Shown piece after piece: positions 1 to 9,471 of a stretch of DNA of 64,000 nucleotides. The stretch comes from an uncultured bacterium. GTDB taxonomy: Bacteria > Bacillota_I > Bacilli_A > RFN20 > CAG-826. The notes below the pieces were generated by a model. The model saw only the letters and a list, made by a program, of their open reading frames with translations. It had not been told where the DNA came from and ran no database searches. A program made the position numbers and the translations under genes. The stretch lies in NCBI GenBank assembly GCA_949299165.1, contig CASFZJ010000002.1, forward strand, positions 4,924 to 68,923, read 5' to 3'. How positions within the stretch are numbered: position 1 is the first letter of the stretch; the number at the start of each line of letters is the position of its first letter.

Positions 1-470
1 TTGAGTGTGTCTTTTTCACCATTTGGTAAATCGACATTAATTGTGTCGAGTTTGCCAGAATTGCTTCCATCATAACTTGCAAGAAAACTAGAGACATTTC
101 CTAAATAATTCGGCATTAATTCTCTATCAATTGCATCATGAAAAGAAGTTACTAAACCTTCGCGTGCCAAACGCTGAATCATATAATCACTACAACAAAT
201 TAAATCATAAGTTTGTTTACCAGTTTTTAAAGTGTTGTACATGGTTTCGTTGGTATCGTAAGTTTCATAAACTACTTTTACTCTTTTGCCATCTCTTTCA
301 TAGATCATATCTTCAAAAGAAGTTAAGAGTTCTTCATCGATATAATCTTCAGCATTTAATGCATAAATATAATAATCGTAGTCTCCTCCGCTTGAACAAG
401 ATGTCAAAATTGGAGAAAGAATTCCTAAAAAAGATGCGCAAACTAAAGCTTTTTTCATTAATTTAGACAT
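1..470 (-). CDS. potD: Spermidine/putrescine ABC transporter substrate-binding lipoprotein PotD (5' portion of gene; C-terminus runs off window start)
   Basis: Minus-strand translation from ATG at 470 gives a signal peptide plus lipobox (LTSCSS) and a PotD-like periplasmic binding domain. It is the last gene of a potA-potB-potC-potD arrangement. ORF-track +strand ORF 131-466 is the antisense artefact. Confidence 0.75.
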   Translation of the reverse strand, partial: MSKLMKKALVCASFLGILSPILTSCSSGGDYDYYIYALNAEDYIDEELLTSFEDMIYERDGKRVKVVYETYDTNETMYNTLKTGKQTYDLICCSDYMIQRLAREGLVTSFHDAIDRELMPNYLGNVSSFLASYDGSNSGKLDTINVDLPNGEKDTL

Positions 471-472
471 TT

Positions 473-1333
473 TTAATCCATCCTTTCTCTCATTCTTTTT
501 CTTAAAGCACTCTTGTAACGTGTGCCTTTATTACGGTAAATTGAAATACCAATAACAACAAGTAACACTATTATAAAGATAATAGTTGTCAAGGCCCTCA
601 TTTCAGGTGGAATTGGACCTTTTTTAATTTTAGCTTGAACAAGAGTTGAAATCGTTTCGATGTTGTTTGCTCCACTTAAAAGCCCAGAACCTCTTGTAAA
701 AGCAGTAACAATAAAATCATCAAGTGATAAAGTTATTGCAAGCATAAAGCCACTAAAAATTCCTGGGAGAATTTCAGGGAAAACAACTTTATAAAGTGCT
801 TGACGAGGCGCACAACCTAAGTCAAGTGCAGCTTCATATAAAGAAGGATCCATTTGTTGAAGTTTAGGTTTAACATTTAAATAAACAAATGGGGCACTAA
901 TTACGATGTGACCTGCAAGAAGTGTCCAAAATGAGAATAAATTTTGTCCACCAAAAATCATGTTGCCAATAAACACAAACATGACTACAAGAGAAAGCGC
1001 CATAACAATTTCAGCATTTACTACTGGAATTTGGTTGATGTTTTCAAGTGCGGCTCTACTTTTCTTTTTTAAATAGTGACCACCGACTGCACCAAGTGTG
1101 CCTAAAATAGTTGAACACACAGCACTAATTACAGCAATAATTAAAGTATTGCCAATTGCAACCATAATTTCTTCACTTTCGAATAAAGAAACATATAAAT
1201 CGAAAGAGAAGCCATTCCATGTTCCAATGTAAGTTGCGTTTGTAAAAGAGAATAAAATGAGGACTAAAATTGGAACATACATTAAGAGTAAAATTAAATA
1301 AACATAGCTATAAGCTAAAACTTTTTTTACCAT
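473..1333 (-). CDS. potC: Spermidine/putrescine ABC transporter permease PotC
   Basis: 286 aa, multi-TM, ABC permease EAA-like motif (EAALDLGCAPRQALYKV). Confidence 0.85.
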   Translation of the reverse strand: MVKKVLAYSYVYLILLLMYVPILVLILFSFTNATYIGTWNGFSFDLYVSLFESEEIMVAIGNTLIIAVISAVCSTILGTLGAVGGHYLKKKSRAALENINQIPVVNAEIVMALSLVVMFVFIGNMIFGGQNLFSFWTLLAGHIVISAPFVYLNVKPKLQQMDPSLYEAALDLGCAPRQALYKVVFPEILPGIFSGFMLAITLSLDDFIVTAFTRGSGLLSGANNIETISTLVQAKIKKGPIPPEMRALTTIIFIIVLLVVIGISIYRNKGTRYKSALRKRMRERMD

Positions 1334-2124
1334 CTTGTTTCCTCCTTTCCTTCATCTTTTTCTGTAAAATTACGCGTGATTAGCATGGAAATTCCAATAA
1401 TTATAAGCATAATTACCGCCATAAATGATGATGAATTCCATTGGTTATTAGCAAATCCCAAATAAATTGAGTTACCAAATAAGACAATTTTTCCTTCAGA
1501 TAAAGTTTCAGGGATGACATAGCTTGACATCGTTGGCATGAAAACCATTTGTGCTGCTGCTACGACTCCCGGAATTGATTGAGGAATGATTGATTTTGTA
1601 AAAACTTGAACGCGATTACACCCAAGATCAATTGCAGCTTCAATTTGTGATTTATCAAGTTTAAGCATTGTTGTATACAAAGGAAGGATTACAAATGGAA
1701 GATAGTTATAAACTAGTCCAATCATCGTTGCAACATAAGGACTTGTGCCTCCATTTATACCAAGCCAAGTTAAAACATCACGAGTTGCGCCGGTTCTTAA
1801 AACAAAGTTAATCCACATTGGCATAACGAATAAAAGCACAATTACATAATTAGAATTTAATTTTTTATTCGATAAAATGTAAGCAATTGGATAACCAATT
1901 ATTAAACAAATAATGGTGTTTAGCGTGGAAAATAATAAAGATTGCACTAAAACATTAATTTTATTAGTGGTTGTAAAAAACTCAACAACTGAATCAAAAG
2001 AAAAATTTCCTGTGCCATCTGTAAAGGCATAATAAACAATAAAGAAAATAGGAATAATGACAAATAAAATTAAGAAAAGAAAATAAGGAATACAGAGATA
2101 TTTTCTTTGAAATCTAAATCTCAT
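1327..2124 (-). CDS. potB: Spermidine/putrescine ABC transporter permease PotB
   Basis: 265 aa, multi-TM, EAA motif (EAAIDLGCNRVQVFTK). Overlaps potC and potA starts, typical operon coupling. Confidence 0.85.
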   Translation of the reverse strand: MRFRFQRKYLCIPYFLFLILFVIIPIFFIVYYAFTDGTGNFSFDSVVEFFTTTNKINVLVQSLLFSTLNTIICLIIGYPIAYILSNKKLNSNYVIVLLFVMPMWINFVLRTGATRDVLTWLGINGGTSPYVATMIGLVYNYLPFVILPLYTTMLKLDKSQIEAAIDLGCNRVQVFTKSIIPQSIPGVVAAAQMVFMPTMSSYVIPETLSEGKIVLFGNSIYLGFANNQWNSSSFMAVIMLIIIGISMLITRNFTEKDEGKEETRW

Positions 2125-3787
2125 AGGCGTTTACCTCTTTTTTAAGACGTAACTTGATATCTTCTTTCTTAACTTGAAGTCCTACTTTATCGTTTAAGTT
2201 ATATGTATATGGAGAAACGAAGACAAAATCTTCTTCATTTTCAGTTCTCACGATGTAACGATAATGATCACCAACATAAATTGAGTCAACAATTTCACCA
2301 ACTACTTCACAATCTTCACTTTCAATATCGTCAATAACATCGATTTTATCGAGTGGGATTTCGGCAACTACATCAGCATCATTGAAGTTATATTTATGTT
2401 TGCCATCTTTTGAGACAACATTTCCTTCTTCATCTAAATGACCACCACTTACAAGTTGCTCAACATTACATGCAAATGGTCTATCATCAATCATAACTTC
2501 ATTATTTTTGTTAATCCAAGCATCGGTATAAACATTAGTTGCAAAATCTTTTTTCATGATGTGGATTCCATCTGGATCAATTGAAAGATAAGCAAGAGAA
2601 TTTACTTCGTAACTTGATGTGCTTTTTACCATTAATTCGTTTTTACCAATCATGATGGTGTATTGATAGTTCATACCTTTAAAGATTTTGTTAACGATTG
2701 TGCCTTTAATCATTGCTTTTTCTTCTTTGACAAAGTGAACGTCTTCTGGACGTACAACAACGTCAACTTTTTCATTTAATGGGTAATCATCGAGGCAAAC
2801 AAAGTTATAATCAAGGAATCTTACTTTCTTTGTTCCAATCATTGTTCCATTATAAATATTAGATTCACCAATAAAATCAGCGACAAAAGCATTTTTTGGT
2901 TCGTCATAAATCATTTTTGGTGTGCCAATTTGTTGAATAACACCATCTTTCATAACAACGATTGTGTCACTCATTGTTAAAGCTTCTTCTTGATCATGAG
3001 TAACATAAATGAATGTGATTCCAAGTTTTTGATGCATCTCTTTTAACTCAAGTTGCATATCTTTTCTCATTTTTAAATCGAGCGCACCTAAAGGCTCATC
3101 TAAAAGAAGAATTTCTGGCTCATTAACAATAGCACGAGCAATCGCAACTCTTTGTTGTTGTCCACCACTTAAAGTTGAAATATCTCTATCTTCTAGAGCT
3201 TCAAGATCAACAATTTTTAAAGCTTTAGCAACTTTTTGATCAATTTCTTTATTAGAAAGTTTTACATACGAATAACTTTGAGTTGGAGTTGTTTTAAGTT
3301 TGTTGATTTTTTCTTCTAAATCTTCAAGTTTAGCTTTTTTGACTTCTTCTTCAAGATGTCTATTTCTCTTTATTAAAGAATATTCTCTTTTAAGTTCTCT
3401 AATTTTTTTGTGGTCCACTTTTAAAACTGGATTACCATCTTTGTCTTTTTTAAGAACAGGAATACGTTTTAAACGTAAACCGAAAGCGATGTTATCATAA
3501 ACATCTAAATGAGGAAAAAGAGCATATCTTTGAAATACCATATTAATAGGTCTTTTATTAGGAGGTAAATTTGAAATATCTTTACCATTTAATAAAATTT
3601 CACCTTTTGATGGAAATTCAAATCCAGCAATCATTCTAAGCGTAGTGGATTTACCACATCCAGAAGGACCTAAAAAAGTAATAAATTCTCCCTTCCTTAC
3701 ATAAAGGTTAAAATTGTCTACAGCTATAGTATCATCATCGAAGATTTTACTAACATTTTTTAGATCAATAATATAGTTGTTTTTCAT
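2114..3787 (-). CDS. potA: Spermidine/putrescine ABC transporter ATP-binding protein PotA with an approximately 90-aa low-complexity insertion
   Basis: Walker A GPSGCGKST, signature LSGGQQQRVAIARA, Walker B LLLDEP, C-terminal TOBE-like domain. Probable true start is ATG at 3787, preceded by a GGGGG Shine-Dalgarno; the ORF track extends to 3871. Confidence 0.85.
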   Translation of the reverse strand: MKNNYIIDLKNVSKIFDDDTIAVDNFNLYVRKGEFITFLGPSGCGKSTTLRMIAGFEFPSKGEILLNGKDISNLPPNKRPINMVFQRYALFPHLDVYDNIAFGLRLKRIPVLKKDKDGNPVLKVDHKKIRELKREYSLIKRNRHLEEEVKKAKLEDLEEKINKLKTTPTQSYSYVKLSNKEIDQKVAKALKIVDLEALEDRDISTLSGGQQQRVAIARAIVNEPEILLLDEPLGALDLKMRKDMQLELKEMHQKLGITFIYVTHDQEEALTMSDTIVVMKDGVIQQIGTPKMIYDEPKNAFVADFIGESNIYNGTMIGTKKVRFLDYNFVCLDDYPLNEKVDVVVRPEDVHFVKEEKAMIKGTIVNKIFKGMNYQYTIMIGKNELMVKSTSSYEVNSLAYLSIDPDGIHIMKKDFATNVYTDAWINKNNEVMIDDRPFACNVEQLVSGGHLDEEGNVVSKDGKHKYNFNDADVVAEIPLDKIDVIDDIESEDCEVVGEIVDSIYVGDHYRYIVRTENEEDFVFVSPYTYNLNDKVGLQVKKEDIKLRLKKEVNAYEI

Positions 3788-3923
3788 AATCAAACCCCCA
3801 TTTATTGAAAGTAAAGTTCTTTCAATGCTTTTAAACGATAAAAATATATTCTTTAATTTTAAAAAATACAATAAAAATTTTTCAGATATTGATATTTTGT
3901 GAAAACTTTATTTACGAAACAAT

Positions 3924-3953
3924 AAAAAAATGCGAATTTAATCGCATTTTTTC
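3924..3953. terminator. Bidirectional rho-independent terminator between glyA and potA
   Basis: Hairpin TGCGA-ATTTAA-TCGCA flanked by an A-run and a T-run. Confidence 0.6.
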
Positions 3954-4012
3954 TTTAATTTAAAATTGTAATTTTTTTGCTAAATTTCCGTGAAAACTTT
4001 TTACTTTTTTGA

Positions 4013-5239
4013 CTAAATTTCGTCAATTTGTTTCCACGATTTTGTTAAAGTTTTCACGCGAGAAATTGCATCTTCTTTTTTGATATTATTTTTTAAATAT
4101 CCATCAATAATTCTAGCAATTTCAATGGCATCTTCTTTAATTGCGCCTCGCGTTGTAACAGCTGCAAATCCAATTCTTACTCCACTTGTTACACTTGGTT
4201 TTTCATCATCATTTGGAAGCATATTTTTATTAAGTGTAATTCCAATTTCTTCAAGTTTTTCTTGAGCATCTTTTCCAGTTACACCAAAACTCTTTTTTGT
4301 ATTTAAAAGGAATAAATGATTTTCTGTGCCACTATTTATATCACCAAGTCTAGTAAGTTCATCAGAGCAAGCTTTAGTATTAATTTTGACTTGTTTAATA
4401 TATTCTTTATATTCAGGTTGAAGAGCTTCGTAGAAACATTCAGCTTTTGCACCAATTATATTTTCTAGTGGCCCTCCTTGAAGTGCTGGGAAACAAGCTT
4501 TATTAACTTTCTTAATAATTTCTTCGTTATTTGTTAAAACAATTCCGCCTCTTGGTCCTCTTAAAGTTTTGTGGGTGGTTGAAGTAACAATATCAGCATA
4601 TTTTAACGGATTATCAAGTTCACCTGCTGCAATAAGACCTGCAATGTGAGCCATATCAACCATAAAATAGGCGCCAACTTCTTTAGCTACATCTTTTATC
4701 TTTTGATAATCTATTTCAAAAGGGTAGGCGCTAAATCCAGCAAGAATTAAATTCGGGCGATATTCAAGAGCTTTTTCTCTTAAAGCTTCATAATCAATTC
4801 TTCCATTTTTATTTAAGTGATAAAAATCAACATTATAGTAACGAGAAGAAAAACTGACTTTTGAACCATGAGATAAATGTCCACCTTCATCAAGAGATAA
4901 AGAAAGAATTTTGTCTCCAGTATTTAAAAGAGCATAATAGGCAATCATATTAGCTTGTGTGCCTGAATGAGGTTGAACACAAGCATATTTTGCGCCAAAT
5001 AATTTAGTTACAAGTTCAATTGCGCGATTTTCAATTTCATCAATATGAACGCATCCGCCATAATATCTTTTCCCAGGAAATCCTTCAGCATATTTATTAG
5101 TTAAAATCGAACCACAAAGAGCACGAACATTTTTACTAGCAAAATTTTCACTTGCAATTAGTTCAATTCCTCCATTTTGTCTTTTTGTTTCACTTTCTAA
5201 ATAAGAAAATAATAATTCATCTCTATTCAATATTATCAC
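4013..5239 (-). CDS. glyA: Serine hydroxymethyltransferase
   Basis: 408 aa with a PLP-lysine motif context (TTHKTLRGPRGG). Likely TTG start at about 5230, 6 nt after a GGAGGTGA Shine-Dalgarno. Confidence 0.9.
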   Translation of the reverse strand: MIILNRDELLFSYLESETKRQNGGIELIASENFASKNVRALCGSILTNKYAEGFPGKRYYGGCVHIDEIENRAIELVTKLFGAKYACVQPHSGTQANMIAYYALLNTGDKILSLSLDEGGHLSHGSKVSFSSRYYNVDFYHLNKNGRIDYEALREKALEYRPNLILAGFSAYPFEIDYQKIKDVAKEVGAYFMVDMAHIAGLIAAGELDNPLKYADIVTSTTHKTLRGPRGGIVLTNNEEIIKKVNKACFPALQGGPLENIIGAKAECFYEALQPEYKEYIKQVKINTKACSDELTRLGDINSGTENHLFLLNTKKSFGVTGKDAQEKLEEIGITLNKNMLPNDDEKPSVTSGVRIGFAAVTTRGAIKEDAIEIARIIDGYLKNNIKKEDAISRVKTLTKSWKQIDEI

Positions 5240-5242
5240 CTC

Positions 5243-6523
5243 CTAGAAAATATCTTCTTTAATAATTGTTTCATTATGATCTGGACCTACAGAAATTAAG
5301 CAAGCATGTGCATCAATTTCTTTTTCAATAAATTTAACATAATTTTGAGCATTTATTGGTAAATCCTCAAATTTTCTAACTTTAGAAATATCTTCTTTCC
5401 AACCAGGTAAAGTTACATAAACTGGTTTGCATCTATAAGTTTCTTTTAAACTTGCTGGAACATAATCAATAATTTTTCCATCAAGTTCATAGCTTGTACA
5501 AACTTTAATTTCATCAATTCCAGATAAAATATCTAAAAGCATTAAAGCAAAATAATCAAATCCATTAACATTACGAGAATAGCGAAGTTGATTTAAATCA
5601 AGGTAGCCAATTCTTCTTGGACGATGAGTAACAACGCCATATTCATGAGCTTTTTCACGAATATTATCAGCTAAATCGTTAAATAATTCAGTGACAAATG
5701 GACCTTCACCAACTCTTGTTGTATAAGCTTTTACAATTCCTACTACGCCTTCAATATAGCCAATTCCAATTCCACTTCCAGTGATTGCGCCTCCTGCTGA
5801 AGAATTAGAACTTGAAACATAAGGATAAGTTCCAAAATCAATGTCGAGCATTGTGCCTTGAGCACCTTCAAATAAGATTTTTTTACTAGCTTTTTTAGCT
5901 TTTGCAAGAATAGAAACCGTTTCTTTTACATAAGGTTTGAAAAATTCTGAAAGTTTTTCATACTCTTTCAATGATTTTTCAAGATCAATAGGTGTTCCAC
6001 CATATCGAGCGATTTCTTCATTTTTTTCTTTTAAATGTTCAGCATAAATTTTTGGAAAATCTTCATCGATAAAATCAGCAAAACGGATTCCATCACGTGA
6101 AATTTTATCAGTATAGCAAGGCCCAATACCTTTTTTAGTTGTGCCTATCTTTTTATCTTTTAAATGTGCTTCTTTTAAACCATCAAGTTCAAGATGATAA
6201 TTTAAATCAACATTTGCTCTTGAAGAAATTACCATGTTATTTAATTTAAAACCAGCATCAAGTAATGTTTTCATTTCAGAATAAAGGCTAATTGGATTAA
6301 TAACCATGCCATTCCCAAGTATATTTAAAGTTTTTTCATTAAAAATTCCACTTGGAATTGTTTGAAGATGGAATTCTTGACCATCAAATTTTACTGTGTG
6401 GCCGGCATTATTTCCGCCTTGATAACGAACAACAATATCAGCTTTTGCAGAATAGTAATTTGTTACTTTTCCTTTTCCTTCATCTCCCCATTGACTTCCA
6501 ACAACAACAATTGATCTCATCAT
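5243..6523 (-). CDS. purA: Adenylosuccinate synthetase
   Basis: N-terminal GSQWGDEGKGK P-loop, 426 aa. Confidence 0.9.
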   Translation of the reverse strand: MMRSIVVVGSQWGDEGKGKVTNYYSAKADIVVRYQGGNNAGHTVKFDGQEFHLQTIPSGIFNEKTLNILGNGMVINPISLYSEMKTLLDAGFKLNNMVISSRANVDLNYHLELDGLKEAHLKDKKIGTTKKGIGPCYTDKISRDGIRFADFIDEDFPKIYAEHLKEKNEEIARYGGTPIDLEKSLKEYEKLSEFFKPYVKETVSILAKAKKASKKILFEGAQGTMLDIDFGTYPYVSSSNSSAGGAITGSGIGIGYIEGVVGIVKAYTTRVGEGPFVTELFNDLADNIREKAHEYGVVTHRPRRIGYLDLNQLRYSRNVNGFDYFALMLLDILSGIDEIKVCTSYELDGKIIDYVPASLKETYRCKPVYVTLPGWKEDISKVRKFEDLPINAQNYVKFIEKEIDAHACLISVGPDHNETIIKEDIF

Positions 6524-7818
6524 TTAACACCTACCTTCTTATATATTTTATCAACGTTTTTGAATACATATTGATAAGAAAAGAGTTCATCAAGCTCTTC
6601 TTTTGTAACTAGTTTCATAAAATAAGAATCTTTTAAAATTAAGTCTTTTAATTGAGTTTTAGTTTCCATCGCTTTAAACGCTAAAAGCTGGATTTTATCG
6701 TATATTTCTTCTCTACTAACTTCATTTTTTTCAATGATATAATTCATTACGCGTCCTGAAAAAATTACACCAAAAGTTGAAAAAATATCTTCTTTCATTT
6801 TCTCTTCGTGAACAACGAGATTTTTTAAAATATTATTAAGTCTATTTGCTGTATAAATTATTAAAGATATATCATCTGGCAAATAAATTCTTTCATTTGA
6901 TGAATGAGAAATGTCTCTTTCGTGCCATAAAATATTGTTATCTAAAGCTATAGAAATTGATGATTTTACAATACGAGATAATCCACAGATATTTTCGCAA
7001 CCAATTGGATTTCTTTTATGTGGCATTGCACTACTTCCTTTTTGATTTTTTGAAAAATATTCATTAACTTCATTTACTTCAGTTCTAGATAAATGTCTGA
7101 TTTCTGTGGCGATTTTTTCAAAAAGAGAAGCAATCAAAGCAAGCGAAGCAACATATCCAGCAAGTCGATCGCGGCTTAAAACTTGGGTTGAAATTGCTGG
7201 TCGATTGAGTGATAAATCTTGAGCGACAAGCTCTTCGACTTCATATGGTAAATTTGAAAAATTTCCGACTGTGCCGCTAATTTTTGCAACTTCAACAAAA
7301 CTTCTTTCGAAATTAAATCGATCAATATCTCGGTTTAACTCATCAAGAAAAAGCGCCCATTTTAAGCCAAAGGAAGTAACTTCACCATGAATTCCATGAG
7401 TTCTTCCAATAATTGGAGTATATTTATACTTTTTAGCAAGGTCATTTAATGTATTTTTAAGTTCACTTAAACGTTTAAGTATAATTTCATTTGCTTCTTT
7501 TAAGTTTAAGCTTAAAGCGGTATCAACTACATCAGTTGAAGTTAAATTATAGTGAATCCACTTTTTTTCTTCACCAAGTTCAAGAGAGAGTGAACGAGTA
7601 AATGCAATTACATCGTGTTTGGTTTCCTTTTCAAGTTCATTAATTTTATCAAGGTCAACTTTAGCGTATTTTAAAATTTTTAAGTAATCTTCTTCAGGAA
7701 CAATGCCTAATTTAACGTAAGCTTTTAAAACACTAAGTTCAACTTTCAGAAAAGTTTCATAACGATTTTCTAGAGAAAAAATATTTTCTATTTCTTTAAT
7801 TGCATATCGTTCAATCAT
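6520..7818 (-). CDS. purB: Adenylosuccinate lyase
   Basis: 432 aa; fumarate-lyase signature region (SSAMPHKRNP). Overlaps purA by 4 nt. Confidence 0.9.
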   Translation of the reverse strand: MIERYAIKEIENIFSLENRYETFLKVELSVLKAYVKLGIVPEEDYLKILKYAKVDLDKINELEKETKHDVIAFTRSLSLELGEEKKWIHYNLTSTDVVDTALSLNLKEANEIILKRLSELKNTLNDLAKKYKYTPIIGRTHGIHGEVTSFGLKWALFLDELNRDIDRFNFERSFVEVAKISGTVGNFSNLPYEVEELVAQDLSLNRPAISTQVLSRDRLAGYVASLALIASLFEKIATEIRHLSRTEVNEVNEYFSKNQKGSSAMPHKRNPIGCENICGLSRIVKSSISIALDNNILWHERDISHSSNERIYLPDDISLIIYTANRLNNILKNLVVHEEKMKEDIFSTFGVIFSGRVMNYIIEKNEVSREEIYDKIQLLAFKAMETKTQLKDLILKDSYFMKLVTKEELDELFSYQYVFKNVDKIYKKVGVK

Positions 7819-7821
7819 ATT

Positions 7822-9462
7822 TTACATTAACTCCTTTGCCTCGCATCCGAGTAAATTTAAAACAGTTTTTAGAACAATTCCACAAGATTTAATCAATGCT
7901 AGTCTTTCTTTTGTTAACTCTTCGCTATTTTCATCAATAACTTTTACATTGTTATAATATGAATGGAATAATTGCGCTAGTTTATAGGCGTAATTACATA
8001 AAATGTTAACTTCTTTAACTTTAGCAATATCGATTAAGACATTTTTAAGTTCACCTAAATGTTTAATAAGTTCGATTTCTTTTGAATCAACAAGTAATGG
8101 ATAACTTTCTTTAACTTCGTAATCATTTCTTTTTCTTAAAATCGAAGCCATTCTAGCATAGGCATATTGGATGTAATAAACTGGATTTTCGTTTGATTGA
8201 TTACGTGCTAGATTTAAATCAAAGTCGAGGTGAGAAATAATTGGTTTTGATATAAAGAAATAACGTGCCACATCAACACCAACATCTTCACATAGTTCAC
8301 GAATTGTTACGGCATTACCGGTTCTTTTTGACATCTTTACTTCTTCACCATTTTCCATAAGTCTAACAATTTGAATCATTTTGACTTCAAGATTATCAGG
8401 ATTATAGCCCATGATTTTGATGCCAGCTTTTAATCTTGCAATATATCCATAGTGGTCTGCGCCTAAAATATCAACAAGTTTAGTGTAGCCTCTATCAAAT
8501 TTATCTTTGTGATATGCAATATCTGGTGTGAAATAGGTATAAGTTCCATCACTTTTTATTAAAACACGATCTTTATCATCTTTAAATGCAGTAGTTTCGA
8601 GCCAAGTTGCACCATCTTTTTCATAACAATAAGGACTATTTTTAATAACTTCGAGTGCTTTTTTAACTTTTCCTTCTTTATATAAACTTCTTTCGCTTTG
8701 ATAGTGATCGAAATGAACGCGATATAAATCTAAATCTTTTTTAATCTTATCTAGTTCAAGTTTAATTCCGATATCTTTAAAATATTCTTTTCTATTTTCT
8801 GAATCATCATTTACCCATTTATCTTTATCATCTTTGGCAATTTGTTTAGCAAGTTTAATGACATCTTTTCCTTGATAGCCAATTTTATCTAAATCAAAAG
8901 GTAGTCCAAGAGCTTCTTTATATCTTTCATAAAGCGAATTTCCTAAAACTTCAATTTGATTTCCTGCATCGTTTACATAATATTCACGCAAAACATCATA
9001 TCCAACGAAAGATAAAATTCGTGTGAGTGTATCTCCATATGCTGCCCCACGAGCGTGCCCAAGATGAAGATCTCCAGTTGGATTTGCGCTAACATATTCG
9101 ACCATAATCTTCTCATTTTTTCCAAAGTCTGAAGAACCAAATTTATCGCTTTCTGTTAAAATAGTGTGCAAAAGTCCAGTTAAATTTTCTTTTTTAACAT
9201 AAAAATTTAAGAAACCTGGGCCGGCAATTTCAACTTTTTCAACAAAGTTTCCTTCTTCAAGGAGAGGCAATAAAGTTTTAGCAATTTCAATAGGTGCTTT
9301 ATGTAAAACTTTAGCAAGACGCATTGCTACGCTACTTGCATAATCGCCATGACTTTTATCTTTTGGAATTTCAACAACAATTTCATTTGTTGCGTCATGG
9401 TTAAATGCTTTCTCAATTGAATCTTTAAGTAAATTTTTAATTTCTACATTTAAGTCTTTCAT
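7822..9462 (-). CDS. argS: Arginine--tRNA ligase
   Basis: 546 aa; class I HIGH-like motif (PTGDLHLGHARGA), KMSK motif (KMSKRTG), C-terminal anticodon-binding domain. Confidence 0.9.
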   Translation of the reverse strand: MKDLNVEIKNLLKDSIEKAFNHDATNEIVVEIPKDKSHGDYASSVAMRLAKVLHKAPIEIAKTLLPLLEEGNFVEKVEIAGPGFLNFYVKKENLTGLLHTILTESDKFGSSDFGKNEKIMVEYVSANPTGDLHLGHARGAAYGDTLTRILSFVGYDVLREYYVNDAGNQIEVLGNSLYERYKEALGLPFDLDKIGYQGKDVIKLAKQIAKDDKDKWVNDDSENRKEYFKDIGIKLELDKIKKDLDLYRVHFDHYQSERSLYKEGKVKKALEVIKNSPYCYEKDGATWLETTAFKDDKDRVLIKSDGTYTYFTPDIAYHKDKFDRGYTKLVDILGADHYGYIARLKAGIKIMGYNPDNLEVKMIQIVRLMENGEEVKMSKRTGNAVTIRELCEDVGVDVARYFFISKPIISHLDFDLNLARNQSNENPVYYIQYAYARMASILRKRNDYEVKESYPLLVDSKEIELIKHLGELKNVLIDIAKVKEVNILCNYAYKLAQLFHSYYNNVKVIDENSEELTKERLALIKSCGIVLKTVLNLLGCEAKELM

Positions 9463-9471
9463 AAAACCCTC

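Noticed and set aside
131-466. Plus-strand ORF of 111 aa
   Set aside because: It lies antisense to the 5' part of potD, whose minus-strand translation shows a clear lipoprotein signal and a PotD-like domain. Its composition is typical of an AT-rich antisense frame.
3300-3500. 66-aa plus-strand ORF inside potA
   Set aside because: Fully embedded antisense in a well-supported ABC ATPase gene; low-complexity S/L-rich artefact.
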